A program made the translations under genes and the position numbers. A stretch of 64,000 nt of DNA. It comes from Auanema rhodensis (lineage: Eukaryota; Animalia; Nematoda). The notes below the pieces were generated by a model. That model worked only from the letters and a program-made list of their open reading frames with translations. It made no database searches and was not told the origin of the DNA. The stretch is from positions 7,936,001-8,000,000 of the forward strand of contig OZ059896.1 of NCBI GenBank assembly GCA_964057225.1. Direction: 5' to 3'. Below are positions 37,651 to 48,411 of the stretch, one piece after another; within the stretch, counting starts at the first letter, position 1; each line of letters begins with the position of its first letter.

Positions 37651-39201
37651 GCAATCGTTTTCGTTTTCCTCGATTTATTCCGATACAAAAGATGTTATTT
37701 CATTTTTGTCGTTATGGTTGTCTCTTGTATGTTCGTAGCTACTAAGAAATTTGCGCACACGCTATATTCGTAGCTTCCGTAGCGCAGTAGGCAGCGCGTC
37801 AGTCTCATAATCTGAAGGTCGTGAGTTCGAGCCTCACCGGGAGCAATCTTTTCCGTTTTCCCAGATTTATTCTGATACAAAAGATGTTATTTCATTTTTG
37901 TAGTTTTGGTTGTCTCTTGTATGTTAGTTTCTACTATGAAATATGCGAATACGATATATTCGTAGCTTCCGTAGCGCAGTAGGCAGCGCGTCAGTCTCAT
38001 AATCTGAAGGTCGTGAGTTCAAGCCTCACCGGGAGCAATCTTTTTCGTTTTCCTCGATTTATTCTGATACAAAAGATATTCTTTCATTTTTATAGTTTTG
38101 GTTGTCATTGTATGTTTGTAGCTACTAAGAAATATGCGAATACGATATATTCGTAGCTTCCGTAGCGCAGTAGGCAGCGCGTCAGTCTCATAATCTGAAG
38201 GTCGTGAGTTCGACCCTCACCGGGAGCAATCTTTTCCGTTTTCCCAGATTTATTCTGATACAAAAGATGTTATATCATTTTTGTAGTTTTAGTTGTCTCT
38301 TGTATGTTAGTTTCTACTATGAAATATGCGAATACGATATATTCGTAGCTTCCGTAGCGCAGTAGGCAGCGCGTCAGTCTCATAATCTGAAGGTCGTGAG
38401 TTCGAGCCTCACCGGGAGCAATCTTTTTCGTTTTCCTCGATTTAATCTGATACAAAAGATATTCTTTCATTTTTATAGTTTTGGTTGTCATTGTATGTTC
38501 GTAGCTACTAAGAAATATGCGAATACGATATATTCGTAGCTTCCGTAGCGCAGTAGGCAGCGCGTCAGTCTCATAATCTGAAGGTCGTGAGTTCGAGCCT
38601 CACCGGGAGCAATCTTTTTCGTTTTCCTCGATTTAATCTGATACAAAAGATATTCTTTCATTTTTATAGTTTTGGTTGTCATTGTATGTTCGTAGCTACT
38701 AAGAAATATGCGAATACGATATATTCGTAGCTTCCGTAGCGCAGTAGGCAGCGCGTCAGTCTCATAATCTGAAGGTCGTGAGTTCGAACCTCACCGGGAG
38801 CAATCTTTTTCGTTTTCCTCGATTTATTCTGATACAAAAGATATTCTTTCATTTTTATAGTTTTGGTTGTCATTCTATGTTCGTAGCTACTAAGAAATAT
38901 GCGAATACGATATATTCGTAGCTTCCGTAGCGCAGTAGGCAGCGCGTCAGTCTCATAATCTGAAGGTCGTGAGTTCGAGCCTCACCGGGAGCAATCTTTT
39001 CCGTTTTCCTCGATTTAATCTGATACAAAAGATATTCTTTCATTTTTATAGTTTTGGTTGTCATTGTATGTTCGTAGCTACTAAGAAATTTGCGCACACG
39101 CTGTATTCGTAGTTTCCGTAGCGCAGTAGGCAGCGCCTCAGTCTCATAATCTGAAGGTCGTGAGTTCGAGCTTCACCGGGAGCAATCTTTTTCGTTTTCC
39201 T

Positions 39202-40247
39202 TGAGGAAAGTGTTGGTGTTGATTACCTAGTACATAAGCTGAACTTTTTATAACGTTATCATCTATAAATCTAATCCTATCTCGTTGTGTTAGCTCTTAG
39301 TTCACATATTTGAGTTTCTTCATGGGTACATTCAACAATATCAATAAAAATACATTCAAAAAGGTAGCTGTTACCATTTCATCTACTCCAAATATACTCA
39401 GAGAGGTAACCATCCAACATATTTTACTGTACCCTGTGCATGCGCTTGCTTTTAGTTTTGGCTAAATTTCAAAGACCTTCAATTATTTTGGTATTAGCTC
39501 CGGTCTCGGGATCCGTGAAGTTATACGTATGATTAACTGTTAAATGCCTATAATTTTGTGAAAGACTTTTAATACTCCCATATGCTCTCCAACCATCGCT
39601 CAGTATATTAATTTCACGCTCAATACAATTAATAACGCAGCTGTTTAACGTTTCTGCACTTCTATCAGGAACAGCAGAAAACCCATTGCGCTGGCCTAAT
39701 ACTACCCGGATTAAACTTTCTGCTAGAAACTAACGTTTCATCAAATTCAACAGTCAAACTGGGATCTCCAATCTTTGGAGAATGCTTCAAGAGGTTAAAT
39801 GCACAAACTTTTCTTATATATTTATTATAATCCACGACTGAGTTGATGAAATGTTCCATTTTTTATTAAAATTTCTCTTCTACAGTCTTTTCTAATATAC
39901 CTTCACTTATTTCGAGCAGCAGAAAGACTCATTTGTCGTGTTCATCGGTCACCTTCGTTAGTTTGAGAGATTATTTCCTTCTCTTGCAGGAATTGGATGG
40001 CATCAGCTTCAGTACGATGTCTCTTTTTTAGAGCGAACATTTAGACGAAGTATGGTTGATAATGCAGAAGCAATGACTAATAATGATTCAATTTTTATAT
40101 CATAATATAATCAAGTTTTATTATACTTATTACAGACAATTACAAAGTAATATTCGCTTTCATAATTCATTGTGAATGTAATGAAATATTATTCCTTAAT
40201 AGAAAGAGACCCCTCCCCCCCAAAGCCCTAGATACGGAAAAAGAACC
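39202..40247 (-). mobile_element. Merlin fragment, short form, copy 10
   Basis: 1046 bp, same deletion. Confidence 0.85.
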
Positions 40248-41034
40248 GCAATCGTTTTCGTTTTCCTCGATTTATTCCGATACAAAAGATGTTATTTTAT
40301 TTTTGTAGTTATGGTTGTCTCTTGTATGTTCGTAGCTACTAAGAAATTTGCGCACACGCTATATTCGTAGCTTCCGTAGCGCAGTAGGCAGCGCGTCAGT
40401 CTCATAATCTGAAGGTCGTGAGTTCGAGCCTCACCGGGAGCAATCTTTTCCGTTTTCCCAGATTTATTCTGATACAAACGATGTTATTTCATTTTTGTAG
40501 TTTTGGTTGTCTCTTGTATGTTAGTTTCTACTATGAAATATGCGAATACGATATATTCGTAGCTTCCGTAGCGCAGTAGGCAGCGCGTCAGTCTCATAAT
40601 CTGAAGGTCGTGAGTTCGAGCCTCACCGGGAGCAATCTTTTTCGTTTTCCTCGATTTATTCTGATACAAAAGATATTCTTTCATTTTTATAGTTTTGGTT
40701 GTCATTGTATGTTCGTAGCTACTAAGAAATATGCGAATACGATATATTCGTAGCTTCCGTAGCGCAGTAGGCAGCGCGTCAGTCTCATAATCTGAAGGTC
40801 GTGAGTTCGAGCCTCACCGGGAGCAATCTTTTCCGTTTTCCCAGATTTATTCTGATACAAAAGATGTTATATCATTTTTGTAGTTTTAGTTGTCTCTTGT
40901 ATGTTAGTTTCTACTATGAAATATGCGAATACGATATATTCGTAGCTTCCGTAGCGCAGTAGGCAGCGCGTCAGTCTCATAATCTGAAGGTCGTGAGTTC
41001 GAGCCTCACCGGGAGCAATCTTTTTAGTTTTCCT

Positions 41035-42230
41035 TGAGGAAAGTGTTGGTATTGATTACCTAGTACATAAGCTGAACTTTTTATAACGTTATCATCTATA
41101 AATCTAATCCTATCTCGTTGTGTTAGCTCTTAGTTCACATATTTGAGGTTCTTCCTGGGTACATTCAACAATATCAATAAAAATACATTCAAAAAGGTAG
41201 CTGTTACCATTTCATCTACTCCAAATATACTCAGAGAGGTAACCATCCAACATATTTTGCTGTACCCTGTGCATGCGCTTGCTTTTAGTTTTAGCTAAAT
41301 CTCAAAGACCTTCAATTATTTTGGTATTAGCTCCGGTCTCGGGATCCGTGAAGTTATACGTATGATTAACTGTTAAATGCCTATAATTTTGTGAAAGACT
41401 ATTAATACTCCCATATGCTCTCCAACAATCACTCAGTATATTAATTTCACGCTCAATACAATTAATAACGCAGCTGTTTAAGGTTTCTGCACTTCTATCA
41501 GGAACAGCAGAAAACCCATTGCGCTGGCCTAATACTACCCGCATTAAACTTTCTGCTAGAAACTAACGTTTCATCAAATTCAACAGTCAAACTGGGATCT
41601 CCAATCTTTGGAGAATGCTTCAAGAGGTTAAATGCACAAACTTTTCTTATATATTTATTATAATCCACGACTGTTTTGCAAGAGCTTATTCCTAACTCAT
41701 ATTGACAGAACTTTACAGTAGTGTATTCCTTGCTACAGCCGTGTACGAAAAAAATGAACTTGGTATAACCTAATTTTGAGCCTAAAATGTTTGTGTTAAT
41801 TATATTTAGATTTTAACTTTATGAATTGAAGAAATGTTCCATTTTTTATTAAAACTTCTCTTCTACAGTCTTTTCTAATATACCTTCACTTATTTCGAGC
41901 AGCAGAAAGACTCATTTGTCGTGTTCATCGGTCAACTTCGTTAGTTTGAGAGATTATTTCCTTCTCTTGCAGGAATTGGATGGCATCAGCTTCAGTACGA
42001 AGTCTCTTTTTTGGAGCGAACATTTAGACGAAGTATGGTTGATAATGCAGAAGCAATGACTAATAATGATTCAATTTTTATATCATAATATAATCAAGTT
42101 TTATTATACTTATTACAGACATTTACAAAGTAATATTCGCTTTCATAATTCATTGTGAATGTAATGAAATATTATTCCTTAATAGAAAGAGACCCCTCCC
42201 CCCCAAAGCCCTAGATACGGAAAAAGAACC
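41035..42230 (-). mobile_element. Merlin fragment, long form, copy 11
   Basis: 1196 bp, same junctions. Confidence 0.85.
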
Positions 42231-43017
42231 GCAATCGTTTTCGTTTTCCTCGATTTATTCCGATACAAAAGATGTTATTTCATTTTTGTAGTTATGGTTG
42301 TCTCTTGTATGTTCGTAGCTACTAAGAAATTTGCGCACACGCTATATTCGTAGCTTCCGTAGCGCAGTAGGCAGCGCGTCAGTCTCATAATCTGAAGGTC
42401 GTGAGTTCGAGCCTCACCGGGAGCAATCTTTTCCGTTTTCCCAGATTTATTCTGATACAAACGATGTTATTTCATTTTTGTAGTTTTGGTTGTCTCTTGT
42501 ATGTTAGTTTCTACTATGAAATATGCGAATACGATATATTCGTAGCTTCCGTAGCGCAGTAGGCAGCGCGTCAGTCTCATAATCTGAAGGTCGTGAGTTC
42601 GAGCCTCACCGGGAGCAATCTTTTTCGTTTTCCTCGATTTATTCTGATACAAAAGATATTCTTTCATTTTTATAGTTTTGGTTGTCATTGTATGTTCGTA
42701 GCTACTAAGAAATATGCGAATACGATATATTCGTAGCTTCCGTAGCGCAGTAGGCAGCGCGTCAGTCTCATAATCTGAAGGTCGTGAGTTCGAGCCTCAC
42801 CGGGAGCAATCTTTTCCGTTTTCCCAGATTTATTCTGATACAAAAGATGTTATATCATTTTTGTAGTTTTAGTTGTCTCTTGTATGTTAGTTTCTACTAT
42901 GAAATATGCGAATACGATATATTCGTAGCTTCCGTAGCGCAGTAGGCAGCGCGTCAGTCTCATAATCTGAAGGTCGTGAGTTCGAGCCTCACCGGGAGCA
43001 ATCTTTTTCGTTTTCCT

Positions 43018-44213
43018 TGAGGAAAGTGTTGGTGTTGATTACCTAGTACATAAGCTGAACTTTTTATAACGTTATCATCTATAAATCTAATCCTATCTCG
43101 TTGTGTTAGCTCTTAGTTCACATATTTGAGGTTCTTCCTGGGTACATTCAACAATATCAATAAAAATACATTCAAAAAGGTAGCTGTTACCATTTCATCT
43201 ACTCCAAATATACTCAGAGAGGTAACCATCCAACATATTTTGCTGTACCCTGTGCATGCGCTTGCTTTTAGTTTTAGCTAAATCTCAAAGACCTTCAATT
43301 ATTTTGGTATTAGCTCCGGTCTCGGGATCCGTGAAGTTATACGTATGATTAACTGTTAAATGCCTATAATTTTGTGAAAGACTATTAATACTCCCATATG
43401 CTCTCCAACAATCACTCAGTATATTAATTTCACGCTCAATACAATTAATAACGCAGCTGTTTAAGGTTTCTGCACTTCTATCAGGAACAGCAGAAAACCC
43501 ATTGCGCTGGCCTAATACTACCCGCATTAAACTTTCTGCTAGAAACTAACGTTTCATCAAATTCAACAGTCAAACTGGGATCTCCAATCTTTGGAGAATG
43601 CTTCAAGAGGTTAAATGCACAAACTTTTCTTATATATTTATTATAATCCACGACTGTTTTGCAAGAGCTTATTCCTAACTCATATTGACAGAACTTTACA
43701 GTAGTGTATTCCTTGCTACAGCCGTGTACGAAAAAAATGAACTTGGTATAACCTAATTTTGAGCCTAAAATGTTTGTGTTAATTATATTTAGATTTTAAC
43801 TTTATGAATTGAAGAAATGTTCCATTTTTTATTAAAACTTCTCTTCTACAGTCTTTTCTAATATACCTTCACTTATTTCGAGCAGCAGAAAGACTCATTT
43901 GTCGTGTTCATCGGTCAACTTCGTTAGTTTGAGAGATTATTTCCTTCTCTTGCAGGAATTGGATGGCATCAGCTTCAGTACGAAGTCTCTTTTTTGGAGC
44001 GAACATTTAGACGAAGTATGGTTGATAATGCAGAAGCAATGACTAATAATGATTCAATTTTTATATCATAATATAATCAAGTTTTATTATACTTATTACA
44101 GACATTTACAAAGTAATATTCGCTTTCATAATTCATTGTGAATGTAATGAAATATTATTCCTTAATAGAAAGAGACCCCTCCCCCCCAAAGCCCTAGATA
44201 CGGAAAAAGAACC
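43018..44213 (-). mobile_element. Merlin fragment, long form, copy 12
   Basis: 1196 bp; nearly identical to copy 11 (1983-bp period). Confidence 0.85.
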
Positions 44214-45193
44214 GCAATCTTTTCCGTTTTCCGAGATATATTCTGATACAAAAGATGTTATTTCACTTTTGTAGTTTTGGTTGTCTCTTGTATGTTAGTT
44301 TCTAATATGAAATATGCGAATACGATATATTCGTAGCTTCCGTAGCGCAGTAGGCAGCGCGTCAGTCTCATAATCTGAAGGTCGTGAGTTTGAGCCTCAC
44401 CGGGAGCAATCTTTTCCGTTTTCCGAGATATATTCTGATACAAAAGATGTTATTTCATTTTTGTAGTTTTGTTTGTCTCTTGTATGTTAGTTTCTACTAT
44501 GAAATATGCGCACACGCTGTATTTGTAGCTTCCGTAGCGCAGTAGGCAGCGCGTCAGTCTCATAATCTGAAGGTCGTGAGTTCGAGCCTCACCGGGAGCA
44601 ATCTTTTTCGTTTTCCGAGATATATTCTGATACAAAAGATGTTATTTCATTTTTGTAGTTTTGTTTGTCTCTTGTATGTTAGTTTCTACTATGAAATATG
44701 CGCACACGCTGTATTTGTAGCTTCCGTAGCGCAGTAGGCAGCGCGTCAGTCTCATAATCTGAAGGTCGTGAGTTCGAGCCTCACCGGGAGCAATCTTTTC
44801 CGTTTTCCGAGATATATTCTGATACAAAAGATGTTATTTCACTTTTGTAGTTTTGGTTGTCTCTTGTATGTTCGTAGCTACTAAGAAATATGCGAATACG
44901 ATATATTCGTAGCTTCCGTAGCGCAGTAGGCAGCGCGTCAGTCTCATAATCTGAAGGTCGTGAGTTCGAGCCTCACCGGGAGCAATCTTTTTCGTTTTCC
45001 CAGATTTATTCTGATACAAAAGATGTTATATCATTTTTGTAGTTTTAGTTGTCTCTTGTATGTTAGTTTCTACTATGAAATATGCGAATACGATATATTC
45101 GTAGCTTCCGTAGCGCAGTAGGCAGCGCGTCAGTCTCATAATCTGAAGGTCGTGAGTTCGAGCCTCACAGGGAGCAATCTTTTTCGTTTTCCT

Positions 45194-45477
45194 TGAGGAA
45201 AGTGTTGGTGTTGATTACCTAGTACATAAGCTAAACTTTTTATAACGTTATCATCTATAAATCTAATCCTATCTCGTTGTGTTAGCTCTTAGTTCACATA
45301 TTTGAGTTTCTTCCTGGGTACATTCAACAATATCAATAAAAATACATTCAAAAAGGTAGCTGTTACCATTTCATCTACTCCAAATATACTCGAGAGGTAA
45401 CCATCCAACATATTTTGCTGTACCCTGTGCATGCGCTTGCTTTTAGTTTTAGCTAAATCGCAAAGACCTTCAATTAT
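45194..45477 (-). mobile_element. Merlin fragment, truncated copy 13, fused to retroviral gag fragment
   Basis: Same left junction (ttttcct|tgaggaaag); homology stops at ...accttcaattat. Confidence 0.85.
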
Positions 45478-45479
45478 CA

Positions 45480-46840
45480 ATCAATTGATAAATCGCCTTG
45501 AGTGCTGTTTTGAAGTGTGATAAGAGCTGGGTCTTGATTGTATTCGGGACACAGCTTGGATGTTAACTCTTCTATTAGGGTAACCCAAGGTCCAGCTGTT
45601 CTGACCTTGTCAGGTAGCTCTGAATAAGCTTCCTCTGCTCTATCATTTTTCAATAGTAATGGTAAAATAGTTAGTCTTTCGGGCATCACTAAGCCTAAGG
45701 CGTTAGAAAAGGTATTAAACTTTGCCACGAAATCTCTAAAGTTACGACTTCCGTCGTATATGGGGCAATAAGGTGAGCTTAAAGCGTGCGCAATGGTAGA
45801 TTTACCCGCTCCCGGAAGACGTGGTGTCTCCGTCATGGTTGGTATATCCTCAGGGTATGTGTGAGATGACGTAATCCCTTTACTGCCTGAGCTTCTCGCC
45901 GTTAAATTCTTACCTCCCTTTTTCAAGTTACCAGATGTTGGATAACTAATGGTAGGGGCGGCTGAGGAGAACCGCTTCCCTGGGAGTTTGATAACTCGAC
46001 TCGTTGCCTGAGGCGTCGAATGTATTGAAAGGCTTGAGCTGGGTATAGCGCTATCTGACTTATTAAGGGTTGGGTTGGAGGATACGTGAAGAGAGTTATC
46101 AACTTGTTCTGTTGTTACCTCCCCTGGAGACAAATTCAAAACTTTTATTAAGCGAGCTGTTAAAGATTTCTTACTTTTGAACTTATCAGTAGTTAGTAAT
46201 AAGGGCAAAACTTCGGTAATTTCCTGATTTGGTTCTACGGGATTATTAGAGGTTGAGCGCCTACGCGGTGTATTAGTTTTTCTTTTATTAATCTTTTTAG
46301 AATCAAGCTTTTTCGAATCAAGCTTATCAGTGATAACTGATAAGGGTGATTTGCGAATAGTGAGAGATGAGGTTTTATTAAGTTGTGAGTTTTCTATCGG
46401 AGTGGAAAATGCCTGCGGTGTTAGAGTTAGTTCAAAAGAAGATGCAAGATCGTTATCAGTATTAACTGATAAAGTTGATAAGTTTAGGTGGGGGGTGGCT
46501 GGTGAAGTATTAGAGGTTATTTGTTTTGGTTTTTGAATTTTTTGAATCTTCTTATTACTTTTAAAAGAGTGTACCTTTGGAGTTGAAGCTGAAGTTTGAA
46601 TATTGTAGTCCTGAATATAGAAATCAGGGTCCTCCTCGGTGTTGTCCGGAGGTGAATACGTGCCTTCTCGAGGAATGAAGGTTTTCTCGACTTTGGGTTT
46701 TACCTCTTGTTCAGGCTCTTCAATCTGAACACTGAGGAGTCGAGTGCGGCTTCTGGTTCGACTGGCGACTGCGATGTCGTCACTGGACTCAGAAGGGTAT
46801 AGAGCAGGGACGGCCGAAGAGTATCTTCGCGCCACTTTGG
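45480..46840 (-). pseudogene. Internal gag-region fragment of the same LTR element family (equivalent to 2447-3807)
   Basis: Colinear with 2447-3807 at a constant offset of 43033, with no indels and roughly a dozen substitutions. No LTR or PBS. Confidence 0.92.
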
Positions 46841-46852
46841 TTCGTAGTGTTC

Positions 46853-46875
46853 GAGTTCGAGCCTCACCGGGAGCA
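46853..46875 (+). pseudogene. 3' remnant of a tRNA-Met broken in the T-arm
   Basis: GAGTTCGAGCCTCACCGGGAGCA only; the 5' part is replaced by the gag fragment. Confidence 0.9.
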
Positions 46876-48338
46876 ATCTTTTCCGTTTTCCGAGATATAT
46901 TCTGATACAAAAGATGTTATTTCATTTTTGTAGTTTTGGTTGTCTCTTGTATGTTAGTTTCTACTATGAAATTTGCGCACACGCTGTATTTGTAGCTTCC
47001 GTAGCGCAGTAGGCAGCGCGTCAGTCTCATAATCTGAAGGTCGTGAGTTCGAGCCTCACCGGGAGCAATCTTTTCCGTTTTCCGAGATATATTCTGATAC
47101 AAAAGATGTTATTTCACTTTTGTAGTTTTGGTTGTCTCTTGTATGTTAGTTTCTAATATGAAATATGCGAATACGATATATTCGTAGCTTCCGTAGCGCA
47201 GTAGGCAGCGCGTCAGTCTCATAATCTGAAGGTCGTGAGTTTGAGCTTCACCGGGAGCAATCTTTTCCGTTTTCCGAGATATATTCTGATACAAAAGATG
47301 TTATTTCATTTTTGTAGTTTTGGTTGTCTCTTGTATGTTAGTTTCTACTATGAAATATGCGCACACGCTGTATTTGTAGCTTCCGTAGCGCAGTAGGCAG
47401 CGCGTCAGTCTCATAATCTGAAGGTCGTGAGTTCGAGCCTCACCGGGAGCAATCTTTTCCGTTTTCCGAGATATATTCTGATACAAAAGATGTTATTTCA
47501 CTTTTGTAGTTTTGGTTGTCTCTTGTATGTTAGTTTCTACTATGAAATATGCGAATACGATATATTCGTAGCTTCCGTAGCGCAGTAGGCAGCGCGTCAG
47601 TCTCATAATCTGAAGGTCGTGAGTTCGAGCCTCACCGGGAGCAATCTTTTCCGTTTTCCGAGATATATTCTGATACAAAAGATGTTATTTCATTTTTGTA
47701 GTTTTGGTTGTCTCTTGTATGTTAGTTTCTACTATGAAATATGCGAATACGATATATTCGTAGCTTCCGTAGCGCAGTAGGCAGCGCGTCAGTCTCATAA
47801 TCTGAAGGTCGTGAGTTCGAGCCTCACCGGGAGCAATCTTTTCCGTTTTCCGAGATATATTCTGATACAAAAGATGTTATTTCACTTTTGTAGTTTTGGT
47901 TGTCTCTTGTATGTTAGTTTCTACTATGAAATATGCGAATACGATATATTCGTAGCTTCCGTAGCGCAGTAGGCAGCGCGTCAGTCTCATAATCTGAAGG
48001 TCGTGAGTTCGAGCCTCACCGGGAGCAATCTTTTCCGTTTTCCGAGATATATTCTGATACAAAAGATGTTATTTCACTTTTGTAGTTTTGGTTGTCTCTT
48101 GTATGTTAGTTTCTACTATGAAATATGCGAATACGATATATTCGTAGCTTCCGTAGCGCAGTAGGCAGCGCGTCAGTCTCATAATCTGAAGGTCGTGAGT
48201 TCGAGCCTCACCGGGAGCAATCTTTTCCGTTTTCCGAGATATATTCTGATACAAAAGATGTTATTTCATTTTTGTAGTTTTGGTTGTCTCTTGTATGTTA
48301 GTTTCTACTATGAAATATGCGAATACGATATATTCGTA

Positions 48339-48411
48339 GCTTCCGTAGCGAGGTAGGAAGCGCGTCAGTCTCATAATCTGAAGGTCGTGAGTTCGAGCCT
48401 CACCGGGAGCA
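48339..48411 (+). tRNA. tRNA-Met D-arm variant allele (first of many in the right-hand domain); function doubtful
   Basis: GCGAGGTAGGAAGCGC replaces GCGCAGTAGGCAGCGC (C13A, A14G and a D-loop C>A). Confidence 0.6.

Noticed and set aside
45477-46910. 477-aa ORF as a functional chimeric gene
   Set aside because: It starts at a TTG in the antisense array spacer, is a fragment of the gag frame and is cut mid-capsid at the Merlin junction.
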